Assembly: GCF_009914755.1 (NCBI RefSeq) | Contig: NC_060931.1 | Source of the DNA: the human T2T-CHM13v2.0 reference genome, Homo sapiens | Reading direction: 5' to 3' (one strand) | DNA length: 64,000 nucleotides | Shown here: positions 1 through 12,757 of the stretch, one piece after another | Layout of the letters: each line of letters opens with the position of its first letter | How positions within the stretch are numbered: position 1 is the stretch's first letter | Notes under the pieces: model-generated | What the model saw: only the letters and a program-made list of their open reading frames with translations | Databases searched by the model: none | Told to the model about the DNA's origin: nothing | Program-made: the position numbers and the translations under genes

Positions 1-34
1 GGAGCTTGTGTCTGTAAAATGAAAACGGTGTCTC

Positions 35-321
35 TTTTTTTTTTTTTTTTGAGACAGAGTCTGGCTTTGTCGTCCAGGCTGGAGTGCAGTGGCGTGATCT
101 CGGCTCACTGCAAGCTCCGCATCCCGGGTTCACGCCATTCTCCTCCCTCGTAGCTGGGACTACAGGCACCCGCCACCACACCCGGCTAATTTTTTGTATT
201 GTTAGTAGAGATGGGGTTTCACCATGTTAGCCAGGATGGTCTCGATCTCCTGACCTCGTGATCTGCCCGCCTTGGCCTCCCAAAGTGCTGGGATTACAGG
301 CGTGAGCCACTGCGCCCGACC
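35..321 (-). mobile_element. AluY
   Basis: Poly-T followed by antisense Alu with Y diagnostics (gcaagctcc, ttcacgccattc, ttagccaggatggtctcgatctc). TSD aaaa(c/t)ggtgtctctt at 22-36 and 322-336. Confidence 0.93.
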
Positions 322-2108
322 AAAATGGTGTCTCTTAATTCAGACTGCAATCCTAATCACCTGGGCAGTTTTAGAATAAGCAGATTCTCAGACCCCACAT
401 CTGTAACATCTTTTTTTTTTTTTTTAAATAAGTAACTTGTAATTCAGCATGTTTGGTTGGGCCACGTATTCTATAATATAGCTGGATTGGGAATTACTGG
501 ATACGTCCATCTTTTAGTTCCTTTGGAACTTTTGATTGAGTGGTCGTTTTCTTCCTGAAAATTCTCACTTTGCTCTCTGTATAAGTGTAAACACTCATAC
601 ACATTTCTTTTTGGAAAGTATGAGAGATGCTAGCATTTTCTATAACCAGCTTGGAGTAGATAGCATGCTGTACTTTGTGGAGGAGAGACAGGAAAACTAG
701 TCAATCTCCCAGATATTCCTGATTCAGTCTGGCTCCCTAATCATCATGTGTTTGTATTATTTTAATTAACATAAATTTACAGAAGTTCCAATACACCTAT
801 TTCTTACATAAATAGAAAGGCATGCTTCATCAAATATTAAATAGAAATTATTTTTAGACTCTTTGCTCTGAGGCTTTTCTGTAGATATAAACAAGGGCTG
901 ACTGTATTGCACACAGGTACATGTATGAATGTAGAATATATATATGCAGAATGTATACGTATTCTACATATATATGTAGAATGTGTGACAATAAACTGAT
1001 TTTCTTATGTGGCTCATAAACTAATTCAAAATTTATTCCGAAAGAGGCATTCCAAATGTCTTCTGAGTAATGGAATAATTATATAGGCCCAAATGTAAAG
1101 TACTAAAGGGCTTTGAGGAATGAAACTGAGTGTATACATTTTGGTGTTTGTTCTGTAAAGAAACAGATGCCGTCAAAGAATCTGGCTACTTCATAGATAC
1201 ACATATTTTGACTTATGTGCCCTCAAGCTATTACACCACTCCCTGGATCTTTGGAAAGGAGATAATGTAAATTTCCACAGGCTCGATTTGATTACTTTTC
1301 TAAGTTATTAAAGTAATTCTTTCAGATATATCCTCTGGAGCATTAGATAAGCCACCAAATTCAGAGTGTAACCTGTAAATCTGGGAAAAAAATATTTTGG
1401 CTCTTTTGAACCTAATTTGGGTTTGGCAGAAGTTACTCTAAATCTGTTGCTTGTTGTCTAACTCTTGATTAATTAATTTATGAATGACAATAAAATGTTT
1501 CATGCAGTCTTTCTGTTTTTCCCTTTAACCTTTAAAAACTGGAATAATAGATTTTTATCTCTTTCTGTCTTTTTGCCTATGGTCATGTGGTAAACATTGA
1601 TTTCTTCAGCAACAAACCTCACCAGTGATTAAACAGCCCTAGTTGTAATGGTTGAAGTGATTAACTCCTGTTTTCTCTGGTACAGGTTAAGACGCCCTTG
1701 TGGACACACAGTGTGTTAAGCTACTCTGAGATGATTTGAACTTGGAAGCTGCCATAATGGTAATAATCCTGAAACAAACATGTCTCATGATGCATAAGTG
1801 CTTCCCTCTATTTTGTGTGGTGGCAGCAGCCAGAGAGACTGATGGATAACAGATAACTATCTATAAATAAAAATACATGCAGCATATTGTGGTACAGTCA
1901 ACTCCATTAGGTATCACATATTTTTGTTGTGGTAGAGTTTAGTTTTAATGGCCTATTACTAAAAATTACATGTCCAGTGTGTAGTGAGCTGAAGCCCTGC
2001 TCTTCATGAATTAGCCAGTGCAAAGGAATAATCGGAACATGGGGATCTTCTAGGATGTTTGTCAGTACCCTCTATTTTTTTTCTTCAGGTGCCTGGATAG
2101 TGTGTGTT

Positions 2109-2111
<3 letters not shown>

Positions 2112-2145
<34 letters not shown>
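2112..2145. repeat. (GT)n microsatellite
   Basis: About 17 uninterrupted GT units. Confidence 0.97.
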
Positions 2146-2147
<2 letters not shown>

Positions 2148-3059
2148 ATACATGCTCATACTGTATGCTTAGTTATGTGTATGAGTAGATTTTGTTTTTT
2201 TTCAGTAGGTTTGATTAGGATGTTTGAGGTGAGACTCAGCGAAAAACAGGGAGGCCTGTTGAAGAGTAATTGCTCCTTGATGGCAGAACTAAAACACTGT
2301 AAAGAGGTTAGCAACCCTATTTTATTGCCTGCAATGCAGAGATTTTGTAATTAGTAGTTTCATTAGAGAGTGCGAATGACTATTAAAGGGTTCAGCCAAA
2401 CAAAGCATTCATTGTATTGGAAAATTTACTGTAATCCGATAGAGAAAGTACTGTTTTTGTGAATCATTTGTTAGGGTGGGTAAAGAGTTTCACTATCTAA
2501 AACCTTTCTCTTATGAAGAAAGGTTTTTATTCATAGGCTTTGACCTATATAGGACAGTGGTCACTTTGCTAGAGACCCTATTTGCATTTATCATGCTTGT
2601 GTCTGGCTGCATGGGGTTCCCTGGTCTAATTGCAGGGTATATTTTATTCAATTGACAGGGGTTGGTGTTCAACATGTTTTTTGGGAGTTGGGACAGTTGT
2701 GTTTGGCAGTGGTGTTGCCTGCTACAGATTTAATTTTTCAAGCTCTCCTACACTGCTGCTATAAGGCCAACAGAAACGTGCTAGTTTCTAAGCATATGCA
2801 GGTTTCCTGGCATAGAAAATGCTTATGGGGATGTGCCCACACACCAACTGTCTCTGTTTAGGAGTAGCTGTCCCTATTTTTTAACCACATTCACACTTTG
2901 TCGATCTAGAGGAGTACAGTGTATTTTAATCAAGCCCCAAGGCAGCTCTGTGGCTAGGTTAATTATAACCCTCTCTTATATTTGCACAGTGTTTTTGAAG
3001 CTTAGGAGCATTTCCACTGATCATGGTTCCTTTGATTTCCCAAGCTTTCTGTGAGGCAG

Positions 3060-3200
3060 GCAGGGTAGCTGGTATGACCCCATTTCACAGAGGAGAAAGT
3101 TGAAGTTTATGAGATTGAATGAAATGTGTCCAGTTAAGTGGCTAAGGCGGGTGGAGCCAGGCCTCTGGAACCACCATCTGGATCTCTCTCCATCACAGGC
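3060..3200 (-). mobile_element. MIR fragment
   Basis: ccccatttcacagaggagaaagttgaag...ggagccagg resembles the antisense MIR core. Confidence 0.6.
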
Positions 3201-3659
3201 AGCCACACTCACTGACATCCCAAGGCTTGTGCTCTAAGGGGCAGTTAAATCCAGGAGCCCAAAGATACCCAGAGTAGCACTTCGTGTCATTTGTGGGTTT
3301 TCCCTACTGCTATATCTGTCATTTTCCAGCTACCTAGTCTTCTTTCAAGTGCGGAAAGGAAAAAAATTATTGCTCCCCAGGTGGGGTCAACTCATCTCTT
3401 CTGAGAACTTTGAAAGGAAGAAACCAGTCTAGACCTGCTGAATCACAATTGTGGTTGTAGATCACCGGGGTAGGAAAGAGAGGGGCAGTTGATAGTGGAC
3501 ATATATTGTCAGGCTGAGTTGAGAGTATAAAGCATTGAAACCAGCATGTTTTCTCTCTCGTATCCTCTTTGATTGGAAGTTGAAATTCGAGTGCCTTCAG
3601 AATCCCATGTACAATGATCACCTTTCTGAGTTTCCCTGTCTTCTTTCACTTTGCCTCTA

Positions 3660-3825
3660 TTGGAGCACATATCATATTACACTATAATCTATTGATTTTT
3701 GTGTGTCTACTTTACCTGATAATGAGTTTTTTGAGGGCTCTATCTCATTTGTCTGTTTATTCTCATTTCTGTCACCCTGCCTGGCTCATAGTCAGTCCAT
3801 GGGAAATGCTGGTTGACTGAGTGAA
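3660..3825 (+). mobile_element. L2 3' fragment
   Basis: gcctggctcatagtcag...tgctggttgactgagtgaa resembles the L2 3' terminus. Confidence 0.55.
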
Positions 3826-4797
3826 TTTTTAACATTGGTTTTAGAAGGAGGATTAGGACTATCTTTGGGCTTCTATGTAGCTTTAGGGAACAAAATTTGA
3901 CCTGGAAGAAACCTGAATTTGTACAATAATGAGATGTGGTTTTTGAATTTGTACCATATAATATGTTTTTTCTATTTATTTAAAACACTATTGCTGACAT
4001 TTTCTCTGAAGATTTATTGGCAGATTTTACTAAGACTGTATTAGTGGTGGAATTATGGATTTTCCCTGGTAAGCCCTTATCATTGCAAAGAAAACAGGGT
4101 TGATTGGATTCAGGATCCTTTCAGGAACCAATTCCTCTGCATAATCACTGTTGACAGAAGAGTATCTTCCCTTGGGGTCACTGGGTATCATTTGAAAAAA
4201 TAGAAACTATTTTCTTCTGTTCTCACCTACCCCCTGCCATGCACAACCGAAAAAACCATTCATGCATTTTCAGAGTGACCAGTTATTTTAGTTGAACCTG
4301 AGCCAGGTCAGAAATTTTATGAGTTTTGAATGTAAAACAAACATGATTTGCTTTTCCCCGACCTCCTGAGATGCAGGAGCTTCATCCTGGGCAGCTAGTA
4401 AGGCCTTTACCTCACTTGGAGACTGACGGCATGTGGGCTGTCCTGGCCCCTGCTGTAGAGGTGAAGGATCCTCTGTTTTCAGCCTGTATTTCGAGCACAG
4501 TGACCTATGGAAGGCTGAGGTGGGCCTCCTGTGGAGCTCTAGAAAACATTCTACTGCCAGCAAGAGAGATGACACTCCTCTCCAGGTGCAAGAATATATT
4601 AGAAGATGTGAGGAGGGAACTACTGCAGGGCAAAGCCGGGATTCTTTCTAGGGCTAAAAATGCAATTTGGCATTCAGAGTTTTATCCTCCCTCTATCTGC
4701 TGCTCTGTCTCTGCCCTCTCAGCCCTGTCATCAGCTACCTCTGCTGCTTTCTACTCTCTCGCTCATTGAGACTGAATCATGTCTCTTATTTATGGGC

Positions 4798-5164
4798 TAT
4801 ATTAGTTTGCTTGGACTGCTGTACCACAGACTGGGTGGCTTAAACACAAAAATGTATTTTCTCACAATTTTGGAGGCTAGGAGTCTGAGATCAAGGTGTT
4901 GGCAGGGCCGGTTTCTCCAGAGGCCTCTCTCCTGGGCTTGTAGATGCTGTCTTCCCCCTGTGCCTTCACGTGGTCTTTCCTCTGCACCTGTGTGGTCTTC
5001 ATCTCCTCTTATAAGGACACCAGTTGTATTGGATTAGTGCTCCTTTAATGACCTGGTTTTACCTTAACTACCTCTGTAAAGACCCAAATACAGTCAGATC
5101 CTGAGGTCTCTGGGGGTAGGGGTTCAACATGGGAGTTTTAGGAGAATACAATTTGGTCATAACA
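4798..5164 (-). mobile_element. MLT1A-like MaLR solo LTR
   Basis: tattagtttgct...cacagactgggtggcttaaac...gagatcaaggtgttggcagg...ttataaggacaccag...cataaca. Confidence 0.85.
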
Positions 5165-5430
5165 TGGCCTGAAAGTCAGAACTGTTTGTGAACTTTGAAG
5201 ACAGTTGGATTGAATGAGAGTCACAGATCTGACTTAAGTCAGAGAATTACCCCAACCCCAGGGTGGCCTTTCATCCCAAAGTTGACATGATGGACGTGTG
5301 AGGTGGGAGAGGAAAGAGGGGCAAAGAGCAGGGGTCACTGTGGGAAAAAGGAAGGGCCAGCTGGCTAAACTGTCATTGTATGAGCAAACCCCTACTCCAC
5401 CCCAAGATTTTATTTAAAAGAGGGAACATT

Positions 5431-5740
5431 GGCTGCTGTGGTGGCTCACGCCTGTAATCCCAGCACTTTGGAGGCCGAGGTGGGCGGATCACTTGAGGTC
5501 AGGAGTTCAAGACCAGCCTGGCCAACGTGGTGAAACCCTGTCTCTACTAAAAATACAAAAATTAGCTGGCGTGGTGTTGTGTGCCTATAGTCCTAGCTAC
5601 TTGGGAGGCTGAGACATGAGAATTGCTTGAACCCAGGAGACGGAGGTTGCAGTGAGCTGAGATCGTGCCACTGTATTCTAGCCTGGGCAACACAGTGAGA
5701 CTCCATCTCAAAAACTAAACAAAACAAAACACAAAAAACA
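5431..5740 (+). mobile_element. AluS (Sx/Sz-like)
   Basis: Full dimeric Alu with A-rich tail. Confidence 0.92.
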
Positions 5741-6015
5741 TATTTCTTTTGTTTTATTTAGCTACAAATAGAAATGCACATTAATATCATTTTCATTAAA
5801 AGCACTCTTCTCCCTAATTTCTCTCATCATTCGTAATGACTTCTTCCAAGTTCGAGCTGCTAAAGATGTTAGGGGAAAACCTAAAATGCTCTAAATAGCT
5901 CTAGAACAAAGTGTTTGGTCATTAGAAGACGATGAAAGCAAAGCCAGAAGTTTGCACAAGGTTCACATAATTCAAAAGAGCCTTTTAATAGAGCCTTTAA
6001 AAATGATTAGTTTGG

Positions 6016-6317
6016 GGCCAGGCATGGTGGCTCATGCCTGTAATCCCAGCTGTTTGGGAGGCCAAGGTGGGTGGATCCCTTGAGCTCAGGAGTTAGAGAC
6101 CAGCCTGGGCAACATAGTGAAACCCTGTGTCTACTAAAAATATAAAAATTAGCCGGGCGTGGTAGTGCACGCCTATGGTCCCGGCTACTTGGGAGACTGA
6201 GGCATGAGAATTGCTTGAGCCTGGGAGACAGAGGTTGCAGTGGGCTGAGATCTCAGTCAGTCTGGGCAACAGAGTGAGACCCTGTCTCAAAAAAAAAAAA
6301 AAAAAGAAAAGAAAAAA
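6016..6317 (+). mobile_element. AluJb-like
   Basis: Dimeric Alu (cagcctgggcaacatagtgaaacc), small right-arm deletion, poly-A tail. Confidence 0.88.
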
Positions 6318-6996
6318 GGGTCATTTTGGGTCAGCCAAGGCAGAATTGTGAAAAGGTGAGTTTGTATTTATACTTCCATTTGACTTTGCATTCTTCATAG
6401 TTGTTTTTTGACAGTTCCAAAGTGCCCAGTGATTCTAAAACTGGGGTTCCCCTGCTTCCTAGGGAGTGCATGATGCCCAGGGCAGACATGGCACTCTTTT
6501 TCTAGCTTGTGCATTTTAAGATTATTTAGGAAATCAATTAAACCGTTAAATAATTTAACAGTATTTGTATATTAAAACACATAGATATATTACAGAGAGG
6601 AACATAAAATGCATCTAACTTTTAAAGTGAAAACATGATTCTTTAAAGACATTTAGGTTTTGGTGGGCCACACCCACCCTTCATTTCCCCTAGGAGTACA
6701 AGCTCACAGTTATTTCCTCTTTGGAGTAGGTTGACGGGTTGTGAGAAAGTTTTAGAAATACTTAAACTCTCTCTGAGATACCAGATATCTGGAGCCTTCT
6801 TTCTTCCTCAGGCCACTTTCTGAAGTAACAACTAGATAATTTGATAAACACATTTGTGTAAATGTGCTAATAAATGCTAACCTGTTCCTGGGAACCCAGT
6901 GGTCCTCCCCCATCATCACCATCTTCACTCCTGGATAAACTATGTATATTCTAATTGTTACTTTTAGTAATCTTGTCTCTGCCTCTCATTTACTGT

Positions 6997-9660
6997 ATTC
7001 ACTTAACACATATTTCATATTTATTGGGTGCTCATAGTGTGCCAGGCACTGTTCTAGGCATCCAAAATTCATGAGTCAAAAATAAACAAAATCCCTGTTC
7101 TGCCTGAGCCTAGTATTCCAATGGGGAGACAACAATTGGAGGCTGATGAATGTTTCGGGAAAAGATGGATCAAGGTAAAGAACATGGGGAGTGTGAAGTT
7201 GGGGTGTTGGTTTGCAATTTCAAATAGACTGGACAGGGAAGAAGAGCTCACTAAGAAGATGACATTGAGGGAGATACAGGACTAAGAAATATTTTTCTGG
7301 AGTAGGAGGGGGAAGAGAGAGGAAGCAGCCTGTGCAAAGTATCTAAAGCTGGAGTATGCCCAGTGTGTTTGAGAAACAGCCAGAAGGCTGGTGGCATGGA
7401 GTAGAGTGAGTGAGGGATAGAGCAGTAGAAGATGTGGTCACATAGGGCCACTGTCAGGTCCTGGCTTTTACTCTGAGATGAGAGGTTGTTGGACCATTTT
7501 GAGCAGACCAGTGATATAATCTGCTTTATGTTTTTCAAGGATCATTCTGGGTACTGTGTTGACAAAAGACAGTAGTGGGGGAAGAGTGGATGCAGGGAGA
7601 TCAGTTAGGAGCTGCGTTTACAATGTAGGCATGGTGATGGTAGCATGGGTCACAGTGTTGGCAGTGGAGCGGGTGAGAAGTAGAGATACTTTAAAGGTAC
7701 AGTGAACAGGATTTTCTGATGGATTGAGTATGTAGAGGGGATATGAGAGAAATATAGGACTCAGGGAAAGCTCCACAGTTTTGCGTGGCCAAGAATGGAG
7801 TTGCCATCAAGTAACATGGGCATTGAGATGGCTAGCACAGGCTTTAGGGAGATAAGGGCTTTGGTTTAGGGCATATTAAATTGGAGATGTCTGTTATACA
7901 TCAGAGAGTAGGCACTTGGATATATGTGTCTAGAGTTTAGCAGAACAATCTGAACTGGAGATACAAATTTGAGAGTTGTCAGCGTTGATGGTATTTAAAG
8001 CTATAATTAGATGAGATCACCAAGGGAGGGGACAAGAGAAGATAAAAGGCCCATGGACTGAGGCCTGGGACACTATAACAAAAAGAGTTCCTGGAGAAGA
8101 AAAGGAATGGCAAATAAGATTGAAAAGATGTGATTGGTGATGTGCTAGAGTTTGTGGTGTTCTGGAGGTCAAGTGAAGAAAGTGTTTCCAGGAGGAGGAA
8201 GTGGTCTGTGTCAGATGTTGCTGGTCGAACAGCTGAGGACTGAGATTTGACCATTGCATTTGGCAATTTAGAGGTTATTGGTAGTATTAGCGGTGGAGGA
8301 GTAAAAGCCTGATTGGACAAGGTTCATGAGAAGATGGAAGGAGAAATATTGGAGGCCGTTAAGAGAGAGAACTCTTTAAAGATGATTTGTCATAAAGGTG
8401 GTAGAGAAATGAAGCATTAGCTGGGACAAGAAGGGATTTTGGGAGAAGGATTTTCAGAGATGGGAAAAATAACAGCATATTTGAATGATAATGGCATGGT
8501 CCAATGCAGAAGGAAAATTTGCTGATATGGGAGAGAGGGAGAATCGTTAGAGTGATGTTATTGAATAAGCACAAGGAGATGGAACCCAGTGTGCAAGTTT
8601 GCATCCAGAAGGTTCATGGGCAATCCATCTATAGTAGCAGGAAAGAAAGCAGAGTGTGTCATGGTTAGACTCGTGCTGTTAGGTAGACAGATGTGGTACT
8701 GGGAGTTTGTGGAAATTCTTTTGATTGCATCAATTCTTGGTATTGAAGGATGCAAGATCATCACCCAAGAGTGAGATGGGGGAGCAGGTGATGGAGGGGC
8801 GAAGAGGAAGGAAGACATGTGAAATAACTCTCCAGATGCTTGAACAAGTGGGTGGACTTAGACTTCCAGTATCCCGGCAGGCAGGTTTTGGGCTCACTTG
8901 AGGGCTGTGGTCCCAGGTATAACATGAGACTAGTTTGGCATGATTGTGTGTTTTTTCTCTAGCAGTGTTCTGCTGTGTTAGCAAAAGCATGGAGAAGGCA
9001 GAGAGTTGGAGTTAACCAGGAGTGTATTAGTCCGTTTTCTTGCTGCTGATGAAGACATACCTGAGACTTGGCAATTTACAAAGGAAAGAGGTTTAATGGA
9101 CTTAAAGTTCCACGTGGCTAGGGAGGCCTCACAATCATGGTGGGAGGTGAAAGGCACTTCTTACATGGTGGCGGCAAGAGAGAGAATGAGAGCCAAGTGA
9201 AACGGATTTCCCCTTATCAAACCATCAAATCTCATGAGACTTATTCACTACCATGAGAACAGTATAGGAGAGACCGCCCCCATGATTCAATTATCTCCAA
9301 CTGGGTCCCTCCCACAACATGTGGGAATTATGGGAGTACAACTCAAGATGAGAGTTGGGTGGGGGACACAGAGCCAAACCATATCAAGGAGTTAGTTGGA
9401 AGTGAATGAGAGGCATGGGAATGGAGTGATATAGCGCCTGGTGATGGATTCTAGGCTGAGATATGTGGACCAAAAGGACAGGAAAAGGTAAGGGGTGGTG
9501 AAAGGGTGATGGGATCAATGTGTTGTAAGTCTTGGTGGAGTTAAATGATTGATGGAGAAATGAATATTAGAGAGAGTAAGCTGGAAACTCAGGGGGTGGT
9601 GGACAGAGTGTGACACGTGAAATTGTGATTATGGAGGAGTTGCAGTTATTGGCAATGACA
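6997..9660 (-). mobile_element. Long L2 (L2a-like) LINE remnant, interrupted by THE1
   Basis: Antisense L2 3' end (tatttattgggtgctcatagtgtgccaggcactgttctagg). The - strand ORF 7979-8320 contains DTDHFLLLETLSSL, resembling the L2/CR1 RT motif FDTVDHxLLL. Confidence 0.8.
9023..9386 (-). mobile_element. THE1 (THE1C-like) solo LTR
   Basis: tgtattagtccgttttc...gccaaaccatatca with perfect 5-bp TSD AGGAG at 9018-9022 and 9387-9391. Confidence 0.93.
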
Positions 9661-9997
9661 AAGCTTTTGGATTCTTACCTGATCTCCTGCTCTCACTTTT
9701 CAAAGGCCTGGGTTCCTTTTCTTCAGTATACTTAATTCAGTTTAATTCATGTTTATTGGTGTGATTGTTTCCTTTGCTAGATTGTAAGCATTGCAAGGGG
9801 GGGACTGTGTCTTTCTCCTCACCATTAACCCCCCTTGTCTAGGACGGAGGCTGGCAGATTGTAGGAGCTTGATAAATAATTGTGGAAAGAAAAGTAAGTC
9901 CCATGGTGAAGGTAGTTAATTTGGGAGAAGCCTGTGGCAGGAGATGGCTGTTGTGGCTTTTGATGACACTAACACAGGAATAAAAAACTGACTGTTG

Positions 9998-10173
9998 GGC
10001 TGGATGTGGAGGATCATGCCTGTAATTCCAGTGCTTTGGGAGGCATAGGCAGGAGGATTGTTTGAGTCAAGGAGTTCAAGGCTGCAGTGAGCTATGATTG
10101 TGCCATGGCACTCCAGCCTGGGTGATAGAGCGAGACTCTGTCTCTGTCGCTCTCTCTCTCTCTAAAAAAAAAA
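9998..10173 (+). mobile_element. Alu monomer (FRAM-like or internally deleted AluJ)
   Basis: Single-arm Alu sequence ending gagactctgtctc, then a (CT) tract and A-run. Confidence 0.75.
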
Positions 10174-10905
10174 GACTCTTAAGCAAAAATTAAACAGGAT
10201 TTTATAAAATTTATGACTTATTGATTAAAAGATAAATAAAACCCTATGCCATTTTAAAAATCCAATTTATAGGAAAAAAGGTACATGGTAGGAAAAGTAA
10301 TGATTGGATTTTAGCAGCTTATTTCTTTAATAATTTTATTTAAAACCGTATCTTTTAATTTGGTGTGTGGTAATTGTTGTTTCTTTATTCATTCAACAGT
10401 TGTATGAAAGTCTATTATGTATCAAATGCTAAGTAGCTGTGGATTTCAATGGAACAAGACAAAGCCCCTTCCCCCAAGGGCTTATAGATTATAAAATTTG
10501 TTTGAAGAAATAACTTTTTTAGTAAATAAGTAGCGGAAGTCCAATAATACAATTTGGAACATATAGTTACATCAGAACTTGGGAAGAACACACAAATATT
10601 GATTCAAATTGTGCTACTTCCACCTGAAGCACCACATTAATGTATAGAGGCAGCATTTGGAGAACCAATAAATATACACTCAAAGGTTAATAGACAAAAC
10701 TATAGGTATGAAGAAGAGAGGCAGCTGTTTGGATGTGAGCACTTATTCATGCTTGCCTGTTCTCCACATGTGTCCTCTCCTTTTTCTTCTCTTTCCTTTC
10801 ACCATCAGGGTAATGCCTGGCACATAGGAGAGCAGAATAAATCTTGACTGAGCGAGTAACTAATTTTCCTAAATTCCAGAGAATAGCAAATTTCTCCACA
10901 GATAC

Positions 10906-11643
10906 TGTTATAGACTGAATGTATGTGTCCCCCTAAAATTCATATGTTGAAGCCCTGACCCTAGTGTGGCTGTATCTGGGGTAAGGGAGTAATTGAGATT
11001 AAATGAGGTTGTAAGGCTGGGGCCCTGATCTGATAGCATTGGTCTCCTTGTAAGAAGAGACCCCTGAGAGCTCGCTGTCTTGTTCTCCAACTGAGAAAAG
11101 GTCATGTGAACACACGGTGAGAAGGAAGCCAGCTACAAGCCAAGAAGAGAGGCTTCACCAGAAACCAAATGCTGCTGGAACCTTGATCTCAGACTTCCAG
11201 AAATGAGAGGAAGTAAACATCTGTTGTTTAAGCCACGCAGTCTATGGTCTTTTGTTATGCCAGTGTATTAGTCGGTTCTCATGCTGCTGTAAGGATATAC
11301 CCAGTAATTTATAAAGAAAAAGAGGTTTAATGGACTCACAGTTCCACATGGCTGGGAGGCCTCACAATCATGGCGGAAGGTGATGGAGGAGCAAAGTCAT
11401 GTCTTACATGGTGGCAGGCAAGAGAGCGTGTGCAGAGGAACTGCCCTTTTTAAAACCATCAGATTTCATGGGGCTTATTCACTATCGCAAGAACAGGACA
11501 GGAAAAACCACCCCCCCAAGATTTGGTTACCTCCCACTGGGTCCCTCCCATGACACTTGAGGATTATGGGAGCTACAATTCAAGATGAAATTTGGGTGGG
11601 GACACAGCCAAACCATATGAGGCAGCCTGAGCCAGCAAATACA
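10906..11643 (+). mobile_element. MLT1A-like LTR split by THE1 insertion
   Basis: tgttatagactgaatg...ttgttatgccag [THE1] ggcagcctgagccagcaaataca. Confidence 0.85.
11264..11620 (-). mobile_element. THE1B-like solo LTR nested in MLT1A
   Basis: tgtattagtcggttctcatgctgct...gccaaaccatatga. TSD gccag/ggcag. Confidence 0.9.
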
Positions 11644-12434
11644 GGCACAGTGGAGACTGGTGTCTACAACCTGAAGAATATGGCATCTGCTAACCTGTCC
11701 TTATCTAACATGTTAATTTGCCATTTTTGTTATACAGGATTGCTTCAAAAATGCTTTCTTTGCTGACAATTCATTAGCCTAGGGAAAGTCCCTTAAATAT
11801 AGGTGGCTTCTTCTTGTCTCAGCTGTGAAGCCAGCTTGTGTAGATCGGAGAAGATGAATGTTAAAAAGTTGGAGGGGATTTGCCAATGTTAATTCTGGAT
11901 GAAGAAATAATTAAAGAGAAGGAGGAATGGTCAGAACTGAAAAGGCTCTTAATCATTTCCTCAGATAGAGGGCTAGAACACTTTATAATAATCCTGGAGG
12001 AAAAGGAGTAAGACAAATTAATGCCGTTGTGAATTGTGTTTATATTTACTTTTCTATTGCCAGAAATGAGTGTTTGCCTATATCAATATTTTCATTCTGA
12101 TTATACCCCTCAATAAACTGAAGTGTGTGTATTAATTTACAGTAGTTGAAGTTAACAATCTTGGCATTTCCTGACAAAGGCAGAAACATTTGTCTCTAGA
12201 AGTATTAAGGATACACAATTTACAAAGTCAATAATTATTTTTCCTGCTATTTGCTTATATTTGATCTTTAGTTTTTGCCTGTATGTATGTGTATATTAGC
12301 CTGTTCGCTGGTAGTCATGAAGAACGAACACACATAGGCCATTTTCATGCTTTTTGGGCTAATTTTAATCTGAGAGATTTATTCACCTCAAAGTGGTTTA
12401 TTTTCATAAACTACCTCATGAACTCATGAAGTCT

Positions 12435-12757
12435 ATTTTTTAATTTTTTAAGTTTTTATTTTTTAACCTTTTTTAAAGGCAGAGTCTTGCTCTGTCATCA
12501 TGCTAGAGTGCAATGGCATGACCACGGCTCACTGTAGCCTTGATTTCCTGGGCTCAAGCAATCCTCTCACCTCAGCCTCCTGAGTAGCTGGGACAACAGG
12601 TGTTAGCCACCACAGCCTGGCTAATTTTTGTATTTTTTGCAGAGATGGAGTCTTGCTAGGTGGCTCAGGTTGGTCTCAAACTTGTGGACTCAAGTGATCC
12701 TCCTGCCTTGGCTTCCCAAAGTTCTGAGATAACAGGCATGAGCCACCACGCCTAACC
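12435..12757 (-). mobile_element. AluJ
   Basis: Antisense Alu with J features (ctgggctcaagcaatcctc). TSD gaagtct at 12428 and 12758. Confidence 0.88.

Noticed and set aside
4371-4769. 132-aa ATG ORF in unique sequence
   Set aside because: No recognisable domain, promoter, polyA tail or TSD. The length is compatible with chance. BLASTP or Ribo-seq would be needed to revive it.
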